A DNA stretch of 59,586 bases from Bacteroidales bacterium (GCA_041303295.1 JBFYPM010000083.1:1-59586); one strand, 5' to 3'. Numbered from the stretch's first letter, positions 1 to 8,904 are shown. Numbers and translations: made by a program. Notes: a model not told the origin generated them from the sequence alone.

Positions 1-323
<323 letters not shown>

Positions 324-360
324 TTACATTTACAACATAACGTTTTAATCATCAGCCGGA

Positions 361-1395
361 ATGAACAAGATGAAAGCTCTCGTCAAGGCCAAGGCTGCCA
401 AGGGATTATGGATGCAGGAGGTACCGGTCCCGGAGCCAGGCTACAATGATGTCATAATCAGGGTCAAAAAATCAGCCATCTGCGGAACCGACCTGCATAT
501 CTATGAGTGGAACGATTGGGCGCAGAAGACCATCAGGGTGCCCATGACAATCGGCCATGAGTATATGGGATTCGTTGATAAGGCAGGACCCGGTGTCACC
601 AATGTGAAGGTAGGTGACAGGGTAACCGGTGAAGGGCATCTCTTCTGCGGCACATGCCGCAACTGCCGGCGGGGCAGGGAGCATGTATGCGAGAACACTG
701 TTGGGATAGGGGTGCATATCGACGGCTCCTTTGCTGAATATGTAAAGGTGCCGGCACGGAATGTGGTGCTCCTTGACAGCCGTATACCCGACGAATGGGC
801 AGCCATCATGGACCCGTTCGGAAATGCAACCCATACTGCCCTGGCATTCCCCCTGCTGGGCGAGGATGTGCTGATCACAGGGTCAGGACTGATAGGCAGC
901 ATGGCAGTTGCCATCGCCAGGTTCGCCGGGGCACGCAATGTGGTGGCCACCGACCTGAGTGACTACCGGCTTGAGCTCGCAAGGAAGATGGGAGCCACCA
1001 TGGTAGTCAATCCCAAAAAAGGTGAAAAGATTCATGACGTACTGGAACCCCTTCACATGAAGGGCTTCGACGTAGGGCTGGAGATGTCGGGATCTCCGGC
1101 CGCTTTCCGCGAGATGATCGCAAACATGTACAACGGTTCCAATATCGCCCTCCTGGGGATTCTTCCGTCAAACTTCGAGGTACCCTGGAGTGACATCATA
1201 TTCAAGGCACTGACTCTTAAGGGTATATATGGCCGTGAGATGTGGGAGACATGGTATAAAATGCAGATGATGATTATAGGGGGCATCAATCTTGACCCTA
1301 TTATAACGCACCGTTTCAATATTGACGACTTCCAGAAAGGATTTGACGTAATGGAGGAGGGTAACTGCGGCAAGGTCATCTTGAGCTGGGATTGA
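361..1395 (+). CDS. tdh: L-threonine 3-dehydrogenase (Zn-dependent medium-chain dehydrogenase)
   Basis: 344-aa [65 protein letters not shown] lines up closely with E. coli Tdh as I recall it. It carries the GHE and Cys-rich structural Zn motifs. Confidence 0.9.
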   Translation: MNKMKALVKAKAAKGLWMQEVPVPEPGYNDVIIRVKKSAICGTDLHIYEWNDWAQKTIRVPMTIGHEYMGFVDKAGPGVTNVKVGDRVTGEGHLFCGTCRNCRRGREHVCENTVGIGVHIDGSFAEYVKVPARNVVLLDSRIPDEWAAIMDPFGNATHTALAFPLLGEDVLITGSGLIGSMAVAIARFAGARNVVATDLSDYRLELARKMGATMVVNPKKGEKIHDVLEPLHMKGFDVGLEMSGSPAAFREMIANMYNGSNIALLGILPSNFEVPWSDIIFKALTLKGIYGREMWETWYKMQMMIIGGINLDPIITHRFNIDDFQKGFDVMEEGNCGKVILSWD

Positions 1396-1442
1396 AAAAG
1401 TCCGTAAAGTCAAAAGCCCGTAAAGTCGAAATCCGTAAAGTC
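1396..1442. repeat. three direct copies of CCGTAAAGTC (1402-1411, 1418-1427, 1433-1442)
   Basis: Counted directly in the sequence. The period is 15-16 nt and the array starts immediately after the tdh stop codon. Confidence 0.8.
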
Positions 1443-1464
1443 TTTATAGTAAATGAAATAGAAA

Positions 1465-1812
1465 ATGAAGATTAACAGGTTTGAGGATATTATAGCATGG
1501 CAGAAAGCGAAAGTCCTGACCTTAAGATTATACTTTCTTTTCAAAGATAACAGGGACTTCAGTTTCAGAGATCAGATATCCCGGGCATCTGCTTCAGTAA
1601 TGAATAATATTGCTGAAGGATTTGAAAGGGACTCAGATAAAGAATTTAAGCACTTTCTTTTTATAGCCAAAGGGTAATCGGGAGAAGTCAGATCAATGCT
1701 CTACCTTGCTATTGATTTAAACTACATTGATAACGAAGCATTTAATGAATTAATGGAGTCTTTCACTGAAGTATCAAGGCTACTCTCAGGCCTTATAAAA
1801 ACCCTCTCCTGA
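1465..1812 (+). pseudogene. four-helix-bundle protein (23S rRNA-IVS / Avd family) with an in-frame TAA at 1675-1677
   Basis: The 70-aa ORF ends ...FKHFLFIAKG*. The same frame continues SGEVRSMLYLAIDLNYIDNEAFNELMESFTEVSRLLSGLIKTLS* to 1812. Joined, the two parts give a full-length family member (AWQKA..., NIAEGF, IAKGS.GE). Confidence 0.7.
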
Positions 1813-1843
1813 CTTTCGACTTTCGACTTTACGGACTTTCGAC
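1811..1843. repeat. GACTTTC / GACTTTACGG array, inverted relative to 1396-1442
   Basis: The sequence is GACTTTCGACTTTCGACTTTACGGACTTTCGAC. GACTTTACGG (1825-1834) is the exact reverse complement of the upstream CCGTAAAGTC unit. Confidence 0.8.
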
Positions 1844-1922
1844 ATAATTTCCCTGTCTATAATTGCTATTATATAAATTAGTTTTAACTTGATGTCATCA
1901 TGTAATATTATACCTGACATCT

Positions 1923-3626
1923 ATGTCCGAGCATCCATCGTATGACGAACTGACCAAAGGCTTCAGCTGGTCCAATGCAGAAAAAGAGCTTGAATACAAT
2001 CCCGGAGACATAATAAATATAGGTTGGCACTGTTCTGACAGGATATGCCTGAAGGGCAGTGCCGGGAAGATTGCCCTTTTTTATGAAGGATTCGGGGGCA
2101 CTGAAAAGAGTTACACATTCAATGACCTCAGGCTTGCCGGAAACACTATTGGTACATTTCTTCGCAGCCAGGGTATCTCCGAAGGAGACAGGATCTGCCT
2201 TTTCATGGACAGGATTCCTGAATTGTATCTTTCATTCCTGGGAATACTGAAGATCGGCGCCGTCGTTCAGCCTCTCTTTTCCGCATTCGGGGATGAATCT
2301 CTTTTCGTGAGGCTTGAAAATGCAGGGACAAAGGCTGTCATAACACAGAAGAAACACCTTTCCAAGGTCAGGAAGATCCGCTCGTCACTTCCAGACCTTG
2401 AATTTGTAATCATTGTTGACAACGTAAAACCCTCCGAGCTCGAACCCGGAGAAATTCTCTTCAGCCTTGAGAATGCTGAGCCTGTCGAGAAATTTGAAGT
2501 CTGCCCTACCCGTGGAGAGACCCCTTCTGTACTTCATTACACCTCCGGTACAACAGGCCAACCCAAAGGGGTAAAGCATGTCCATTATTCTATTATTTCA
2601 CAGTATTTGACCACAAAGTGGGTTCTTGACCTGCAAGATGATGATATTTACTGGTGCACCGCCGACCCCGGCTGGGTAACCGGTACCTCGTACGGAATAA
2701 TCGGGCCGTGGAGCCTCGGGGTTACTCAGTGTGTACTCGATGCGGGTTTTTCCGCCCAGGCATGGTATCGATTCATTGAGAAACACAGGGTTACAGTATG
2801 GTACTCCGCTCCAACCGCCATTAGATCACTTATGAAGGCCGGGGATGCCCTTGTGAATGAGTTTGATCTCACATCACTCCGTCACCTGGCAAGTGTAGGC
2901 GAACCTCTCAATTCAGAAGCGGTAATCTGGTCGGGGAGGGTATTCGGTAAACAATTCCATGATACATTCTGGCAGACGGAAACGGGATCGATAATGATCA
3001 CCAACTTTCCGGGAATGAAGATAAAGCCCGGCTCCATGGGCAAGACCTTCCCTGGAATTACCGGGGCAGTGCTTGACCCTGTTACCTACACCCCGATTAA
3101 TGAGCCCGGAAAAGCCGGATTGATAGCATTCAGGCCGGGCTGGCCCGCCATGATGCGGACATACTGGAGGAATGAGGAAAAATACAGGGAAAAGTTCGTG
3201 AACGGTTGGTATCTGTCGGGCGACAGGTCAAGCATTGATAATGAGGGCTACTACTGGTTCATCGGCCGTGATGATGATGTAATTAATACCGGGGGGCACC
3301 TGGTGAGCCCGTTCGAGGTTGAATCGGCACTGCTCGAGCATCCTGCAGTTGGTGAATCTGCCGTCACTTCAAAACCAGATGAAATTAACATGGAGGTTGT
3401 AAAAGCCTTCATAACCCTCAAACCTGGATTTACTGCCAGCCCTGACCTTGAACTTGAGATAATGAACTTCATCCGCAAAAAGCTCTCTCCCCTGGCAATG
3501 CCTCAGGCAGTGGAATTCCTGGATAGCCTGCCAAAGACACGCAGCGGAAAGATCATGAGAAGAGTGCTTCATGCAAGGGAGTGGGGAGAGGAGATAGGAG
3601 ACATTTCAACACTGGAAAATGACTGA
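1923..3626 (+). CDS. ACS-family AMP-forming acyl-activating enzyme (short-chain acyl-CoA or acyl-carrier ligase)
   Basis: 567 aa. Motifs seen are YTSGTTGQPKGV, YWCTADPGWVTGTSY, SVGEPLN, FWQTETG and KTRSGKIMRRVL. Overall it resembles the ~570-aa Bacillus AcsA type. Confidence 0.8.
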   Translation: MSEHPSYDELTKGFSWSNAEKELEYNPGDIINIGWHCSDRICLKGSAGKIALFYEGFGGTEKSYTFNDLRLAGNTIGTFLRSQGISEGDRICLFMDRIPELYLSFLGILKIGAVVQPLFSAFGDESLFVRLENAGTKAVITQKKHLSKVRKIRSSLPDLEFVIIVDNVKPSELEPGEILFSLENAEPVEKFEVCPTRGETPSVLHYTSGTTGQPKGVKHVHYSIISQYLTTKWVLDLQDDDIYWCTADPGWVTGTSYGIIGPWSLGVTQCVLDAGFSAQAWYRFIEKHRVTVWYSAPTAIRSLMKAGDALVNEFDLTSLRHLASVGEPLNSEAVIWSGRVFGKQFHDTFWQTETGSIMITNFPGMKIKPGSMGKTFPGITGAVLDPVTYTPINEPGKAGLIAFRPGWPAMMRTYWRNEEKYREKFVNGWYLSGDRSSIDNEGYYWFIGRDDDVINTGGHLVSPFEVESALLEHPAVGESAVTSKPDEINMEVVKAFITLKPGFTASPDLELEIMNFIRKKLSPLAMPQAVEFLDSLPKTRSGKIMRRVLHAREWGEEIGDISTLEND

Positions 3627-3757
3627 GAAAGTCAGATTGTCTTGCAGCCCTGCAGTCCTGTCGGAGCGAAAGCGGAGATCCCGACCGTAGCGTCGGGACG
3701 GTCTGGCGGTCTAAGCACTGATAGTTAATTATATATAAACCTTAAAATGACTCTGTT

Positions 3758-4021
3758 ATGGAAGAAAATAATCTGAATGAGATGAAGGAGATGATCCTGA
3801 AGTATGTTATTAAGGAATATATTGATGATGATGACGTAACGATAACAAATGAGACACCTCTTATTTCAAGCGGTTATGTTGACTCATTTTCAATGGTCTC
3901 ACTTCTCGTTTTCCTGGAGAACAAATTCAAAATCAAAATTCCTCCAAGTAAAGCCACACCTGAGGCCTTTGACAGCGTTAATAATATTGTGGCACTGGTA
4001 AATCAGTACTTAAACAAATAA
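3758..4021 (+). CDS. small acyl/peptidyl carrier protein (DltC-like, phosphopantetheine attachment at the DSF serine)
   Basis: 87 aa and acidic. It has SSGYVDSFSMVSLLVFLENKFKIKI, matching the G-x-x-DS carrier-protein motif followed by an amphipathic helix. Confidence 0.65.
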   Translation: MEENNLNEMKEMILKYVIKEYIDDDDVTITNETPLISSGYVDSFSMVSLLVFLENKFKIKIPPSKATPEAFDSVNNIVALVNQYLNK

Positions 4022-4033
4022 ATCGCCCTCATC

Positions 4034-5281
4034 ATGAGTTACTCTGAAAAAACAAGGAACCTCTATCTGTCGCAGCTGACAGATATCCGAAACGCCGGGA
4101 TCTTTAAGGAGGAACGCTTCATCCACAGCTCCCAGGCCGCCGATATCGAGGTTGAGTTTCCTTCAGGCTCAGACCTGAAGAAGGTCATTAACATGTGTTC
4201 CAATAACTACCTCGGCCTGTCAAGTCACCCTGAGGTTATCAGGGCTGCTCATGACGGCCTTGAGTCAAGGGGGTACGGAATGTCCTCTGTCCGTTTTATC
4301 TGCGGGACGCAGGATATTCACAGGGAACTGGAAAACAGGGTGACTGAATTCCTGGGCACTGAAGACACAATACTGTTCCCCTCATGCATGGATGCCAATG
4401 CAGGTGTTTTTGAGGCGATACTTACCAGTGAAGACATCATGATCTCAGACCGTCTGGTACATGCCTCAATCATTGACGGTATGAGACTCTGCAGCGCCCA
4501 GCATGACACCTTCAAGCACTCCAGCATGGAACACCTTGAAGAGAAACTCCTGCTTCACTCTGACAAACGGCTTAAACTGGTGATCACTGACGGGGTCTTC
4601 TCGATGGATGGCGACACGGCCAGGCTCGATGAGATGGTCAGGCTATGCGAGAAATACGACGCCCTCTTGCTTGTAGATGACTCCCATGCTACAGGTTTCA
4701 TTGGCAAAACAGGTCGCGGAACTCATGAATTCTGCAATGTCATGGGTAAGATTGACATAATCACCACAACCTTCGGCAAAGCCATGGGCGGAGCATCGGG
4801 AGGATGTGTCTCAGGCAGGAAGGAGATAGTCGCAATGTGCAGGCAGAAGGCACGCCCATACCTCTTCTCAAATACAATTGCACCTGTAATTGTATCCGGG
4901 GTACTGAAAGTTTTTGATATCCTTTCAGCCAGCACGGAAAGACGTGACAAGCTTGAGAAGAACGCAGCCTTCTGGAGGGCAGGACTGACAGATGCGGGAT
5001 TTATCCTTAAGGATGGAAATACCCCTATTGTTCCCGTTATGCTCTTTAATGCCAAACTCTCACAGGAGTTCTCCAGGGAACTGTACAACGAGGGTATTTA
5101 TGCTATAGGCTTCTTCTTCCCCGTTGTGCCCAATGGCCAGGCAAGGATACGAACCCAGATATCCGCCGGCCATGAGAAGCACCACCTGGAAACCGCCCTT
5201 GAGAAATTCATCAAGGTGGGTAAAAAACAGGGAATCCTGGGACTTACGAAAGACCAGATCATCGAAAAATTCGGATCGTAA
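4034..5281 (+). CDS. Kbl-type alpha-oxoamine synthase paralog (PLP-dependent glycine C-acyltransferase family)
   Basis: 415 aa. Motifs seen are NNYLGL, SVRFICGTQDIHRELE, HASIIDG, DGVFSMDGD, DDSHATGF, TFGKA (PLP lysine) and PYLFSN. It has a ~17-aa C-terminal extension relative to the next gene. Confidence 0.8.
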   Translation: MSYSEKTRNLYLSQLTDIRNAGIFKEERFIHSSQAADIEVEFPSGSDLKKVINMCSNNYLGLSSHPEVIRAAHDGLESRGYGMSSVRFICGTQDIHRELENRVTEFLGTEDTILFPSCMDANAGVFEAILTSEDIMISDRLVHASIIDGMRLCSAQHDTFKHSSMEHLEEKLLLHSDKRLKLVITDGVFSMDGDTARLDEMVRLCEKYDALLLVDDSHATGFIGKTGRGTHEFCNVMGKIDIITTTFGKAMGGASGGCVSGRKEIVAMCRQKARPYLFSNTIAPVIVSGVLKVFDILSASTERRDKLEKNAAFWRAGLTDAGFILKDGNTPIVPVMLFNAKLSQEFSRELYNEGIYAIGFFFPVVPNGQARIRTQISAGHEKHHLETALEKFIKVGKKQGILGLTKDQIIEKFGS

Positions 5282-5399
5282 CAATCCGTATTTCATAAGT
5301 AAATCTGTGCGGTTTTCCTCCGCAAGAGATGATTATCATCATTGAATAATCACTTCAAAACACCATCTTTGCATCCGTTTTAAGTGAATATTCACGCAG

Positions 5400-6596
5400 A
5401 TGTACAATCAATACCAGGATTATCTCAGGTCACAGATCCGGGAGATAAAGGAAGCCGGTCTTTACAAGAACGAACGTATCATTGTCTCACCTCAGGGTTC
5501 GGAGATAACACTTGATACCGGGCAGACAGTGCTTAATTTCTGCGCCAATAACTATCTTGGACTTTCAGCCAGTAAACAACTTGTTGAGGCCGCAAAAAGA
5601 GCCCTTGATACGCACGGATACGGAATGTCGTCTGTTCGCTTCATTTGTGGTACCGGTGATCTGCATAAGGAGCTGGAACGTAAGCTTGCTGAGTTCTTTG
5701 GGACAGAAGACACCATTCTATATGCCGCCTGCTTCGATGCCAACGGAGGTGTTTTTGAGCCTCTTCTTACAAGTGAAGATGCTATAATCTCCGACTCCCT
5801 CAACCATGCATCTATAATTGACGGAGTACGTCTCAGCAAGGCGCAGCGTTACCGCTATGAGAATGCCGATATGGAAGACCTTGAAAACCAGCTGCAACTG
5901 GCACAGGAGCAGCGCTTCAGGCTGATAGTCACTGACGGTGTCTTCTCCATGGACGGCAATGTGCCCCCGCTTGACAAAATCTATGAGCTGGCCACCAGGT
6001 ACAACGCCATGGTAATGGTCGACGAGTCTCACTCTGCCGGTGTTGTCGGCGAGACAGGCCGTGGCATTACAGAGCTCTATAACCTCAAGGGGAAGATCGA
6101 GATCATCACCGGGACTCTTGGCAAGGCCTTCGGCGGAGCCATCGGCGGGTTCACCACAGGAAAGAAGGAGATCATAGAGATGCTCCGCCAGCGCTCAAGG
6201 CCCTACCTGTTCTCAAACTCCATCCCACCACTGGTGGCCGCGGCAGGGATAAAAATGGTGGAGATGATGACCGAGACCAATGAACTGCAGGACAAGCTTC
6301 ATCACAACACGAAATACTTTATGGAGCGGATGCTGAAGGCCGGATTCGATATCAAGCCAACACAGTCAGCCATATGCGCCGTGATGCTCTATGATGCCAG
6401 GCTCTCACAGGAGATGGCTGCCAGGCTGCTTGTTGAGGGAATCTATGTCACAGGTTTCTACTTCCCTGTGGTTCCCCGGGATCAGGCCCGCATCAGGGTG
6501 CAACTCTCCGCTGCCCACGAGACTGAACACCTTAACCGGGCCATCACAGCCTTCACAAAGGTCGGAATCGAACTGGGGGTATTGAAACAGGCCTGA
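5400..6596 (+). CDS. kbl: glycine C-acetyltransferase (2-amino-3-ketobutyrate CoA ligase)
   Basis: 398 aa. Motifs seen are NNYLGL, SVRFICGTGDLHKELE, NHASIIDG, DESHSAGV, TLGKA and PYLFSN. It is colinear with E. coli Kbl. Confidence 0.85.
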   Translation: MYNQYQDYLRSQIREIKEAGLYKNERIIVSPQGSEITLDTGQTVLNFCANNYLGLSASKQLVEAAKRALDTHGYGMSSVRFICGTGDLHKELERKLAEFFGTEDTILYAACFDANGGVFEPLLTSEDAIISDSLNHASIIDGVRLSKAQRYRYENADMEDLENQLQLAQEQRFRLIVTDGVFSMDGNVPPLDKIYELATRYNAMVMVDESHSAGVVGETGRGITELYNLKGKIEIITGTLGKAFGGAIGGFTTGKKEIIEMLRQRSRPYLFSNSIPPLVAAAGIKMVEMMTETNELQDKLHHNTKYFMERMLKAGFDIKPTQSAICAVMLYDARLSQEMAARLLVEGIYVTGFYFPVVPRDQARIRVQLSAAHETEHLNRAITAFTKVGIELGVLKQA

Positions 6597-6621
6597 AACA
6601 GTATTAAAAATATAACTCAAC

Positions 6622-6654
6622 AAGGGGCGATATCTTTAGATTCTCCCCTTTTTT
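6622..6654 (+). terminator. putative intrinsic terminator after kbl
   Basis: The sequence is AAGGGGCGA-(loop)-TCTCCCCTTTTTT. The stem is imperfect and is followed by a T-run. Confidence 0.4.
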
Positions 6655-6701
6655 CTTGCTTTTTTCAACAGTTTTCTTATATTTACTGAAATATCGTTGA
6701 A

Positions 6702-7130
6702 ATGTTACAAACGTTGAACTTGCGTAAGGCACTCAAACCCGTAATGTTTCTATTAACCTGTCTGATCATGACGGGCTGCTACACCCTGAAGTCAGTATCC
6801 GTAAACAACATCCCTCCTCATAGAAATATCCTGGTTGTGCATGCTGACGACTTTTTATGGACTGTCGACAGTTATTCGGTAACAGATGGTCTGCTGACCG
6901 GCCATATCAGCTCCGGTGAGTCTAGGATTAAAAAGGGAACCAGCGCGCATCTTTATGTGGCCCCCTTAAATGCTGTCACGGTGGAAGGTGAAACCATTAC
7001 ATTACCAATTGCAAATATCGCTAAGGCTGACTATTTTGATTTAAGACCCGGTGAATCTATCGGTTCAGGAATTATCTGGGCATCGACAATCTATTTATTG
7101 GCAATACTGATTGCCAGCCTGTTTTACTAA
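6702..7130 (+). CDS. lipoprotein of unknown function with a C-terminal TM helix
   Basis: 142 aa with a lipobox (LIMTGC). The central domain is paralogous to the N-terminal domain of the next gene. A hydrophobic tail (IIWASTIYLLAILIASLFY) follows. Confidence 0.5.
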   Translation: MLQTLNLRKALKPVMFLLTCLIMTGCYTLKSVSVNNIPPHRNILVVHADDFLWTVDSYSVTDGLLTGHISSGESRIKKGTSAHLYVAPLNAVTVEGETITLPIANIAKADYFDLRPGESIGSGIIWASTIYLLAILIASLFY

Positions 7131-7207
7131 TAAAAAAATATTCCTGAAATAGTTGCCCGGGTCATGCAAATAAAGCAGTTCAGATCCATAGCATAAAACA
7201 GATCGCA

Positions 7208-8743
7208 ATGAGAGACCTCAATATCATCCAGAAGATCGTGGCATCGGTCCTGTCAGTCCTTGTTTTAATTCAATTCTCGGGTTGCCGCACTCTTACCGGT
7301 ATCCCGGGAAGTGAGATAGAATATGCCGAAAGGACACACTATTTTATCCATGGAGCAAACTCATTATTCCAGGTTTCCGGGACAACCCTTGCTGACGGTA
7401 TTTTCACGGGCATTATCTCGGATTCGACTTTGAAACCTGTAAAAGGTCAGTTAATGCATTTGTATATAGCCCCGGATTCAGCGATCAGGATTAATGGCAA
7501 TATTATCAGTGTGCCCGTTGCAAACATCGCAAAAGCAGAGATATACACGGTTAATACCGGGAAAACACTAACTGCTGTCGCAGGAACAGCCTCAGGAGCT
7601 TTTTGGACAGTTGCCATTATTACATTGCTGACCAAAGGTTTATCGTGCCCTTTTGTTTACAGCGAAGATGCCGCCGATATCAACTTCGAAGGAGAGATCT
7701 ACAGCGGAGCTACAGCAACCCCCATGGAAAGGGATGATTATCTCAGACTGAAGTCGATCACTCCGGTTAATGACCGATACAAGATCAGGATCACAAATGA
7801 GATAAAGGAGATCCAGAATACCAACCTGGCCGAACTCTATATTTATGATCATCCTGTTAATTGTGAGATTATTGCAGATAAGTACGGGATAGCTCATCCG
7901 GTCTGCGGAATCAGGAGCCCTCTTTCTGCCTCAAACGCTTACGGTAAGTCGATACTCTCAGAACTCTCGTCCTGTGATGATGAAAGATATCTGAGCGATA
8001 TCCTTAACGATAATCTTGTTTTTGACACCATTGCACTCTCATTTGAAAAACCTGAGAACTGTGCTTACGGAAAGCTTGTGTTGTCCGGAAAAAACACGAT
8101 GTGGCTTGATTACATGTTCGGGAGGCTCTCAGACATGTTCGGCACAAGACATGATGAATGGAAGGAGAGAAGAAACAGGAGGACCCGTGAAGAGCTTATC
8201 CAATGGACTCTTGAACAGGGGATACCGCTTGCGGTATGGATTGAAAAAGATACCGGACTTGAGTTTGTCGATTACTTCAATGTGCCGGGTCCTGTGACTG
8301 ATAAAAAGGATGTGATGAAGATTGATCTCGATGGAATAAGCGGCGACAGGGTAAATATCAAGCTTGTATCAGGGGTCCTCTTCTGGGACATAGATTTTGC
8401 CGGGATGGATTTCACTTCGGAAAAGGAGCCCCTGAAAACTGTTGTGCCACTTGAAAAGGCAACAGATGAAACAGGGCAAGATGTCACCTCCCTCCTTGAA
8501 CGTGATGATGACCGCTATCTTATACAACCCTTTATCAATAACGAGGCCTGCCTCAGCTTTCAGGCACCACCGGTTATCCCGGGCCTGGAAAGAACTGTCT
8601 ATCTTCACAGCAAGGGAAATTACGAGGTGCTTCGTGAGGCCCGGGGCAAACCAGAGATAGAATTGCTCCTGGGTTTGCTTCAACCGGGAAAGTTTACCAG
8701 GTTTGCCAAGGAACACTTTCTTCAGTATTACTCTAAAAATTAA
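7208..8743 (+). CDS. lipoprotein/membrane protein of unknown function (shares its N-terminal domain with 6702-7130)
   Basis: 511 aa with a lipobox (IQFSGC). HLYIAPDSAIRINGNIISVPVANIAKAEIY matches HLYVAPLNAVTVEGETITLPIANIAKADYF in the preceding gene. A TM segment and a ~370-aa domain I cannot assign follow. Confidence 0.5.
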   Translation: MRDLNIIQKIVASVLSVLVLIQFSGCRTLTGIPGSEIEYAERTHYFIHGANSLFQVSGTTLADGIFTGIISDSTLKPVKGQLMHLYIAPDSAIRINGNIISVPVANIAKAEIYTVNTGKTLTAVAGTASGAFWTVAIITLLTKGLSCPFVYSEDAADINFEGEIYSGATATPMERDDYLRLKSITPVNDRYKIRITNEIKEIQNTNLAELYIYDHPVNCEIIADKYGIAHPVCGIRSPLSASNAYGKSILSELSSCDDERYLSDILNDNLVFDTIALSFEKPENCAYGKLVLSGKNTMWLDYMFGRLSDMFGTRHDEWKERRNRRTREELIQWTLEQGIPLAVWIEKDTGLEFVDYFNVPGPVTDKKDVMKIDLDGISGDRVNIKLVSGVLFWDIDFAGMDFTSEKEPLKTVVPLEKATDETGQDVTSLLERDDDRYLIQPFINNEACLSFQAPPVIPGLERTVYLHSKGNYEVLREARGKPEIELLLGLLQPGKFTRFAKEHFLQYYSKN

Positions 8744-8790
8744 TTTTTTGCTACAGCCCGGGCTGACAGAGAACACCAGAATAGAAACAT

Positions 8791-8904
8791 GCACTCATCC
8801 TGGTGCTGCTTAACGTAACGCATAAAACTGAACAGCTTGACCGGGCCATCAAAGCCTTCATAAGAGTGGGCAGGGAGCCGGGCGTTTTGAAAATAATTAA
8901 ATAA
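8791..8904 (+). pseudogene. degraded 3-prime relic of a kbl gene
   Basis: This frame reads ALILVLLNVTHKTEQLDRAIKAFIRVGREPGVLKIIK*. The kbl C-terminus reads ARIRVQLSAAHETEHLNRAITAFTKVGIELGVLKQA*. The nucleotide match is also clear (actgaaca.ctt.accgggccatca.agccttca). In-frame stops lie just upstream at 8764 and 8782. Confidence 0.6.

Noticed and set aside
1465-1812. Four-helix-bundle (Avd-like) gene as a marker of a diversity-generating retroelement
   Set aside because: No reverse transcriptase gene and no template/variable repeat pair is visible within several kb. The gene itself carries a nonsense codon.
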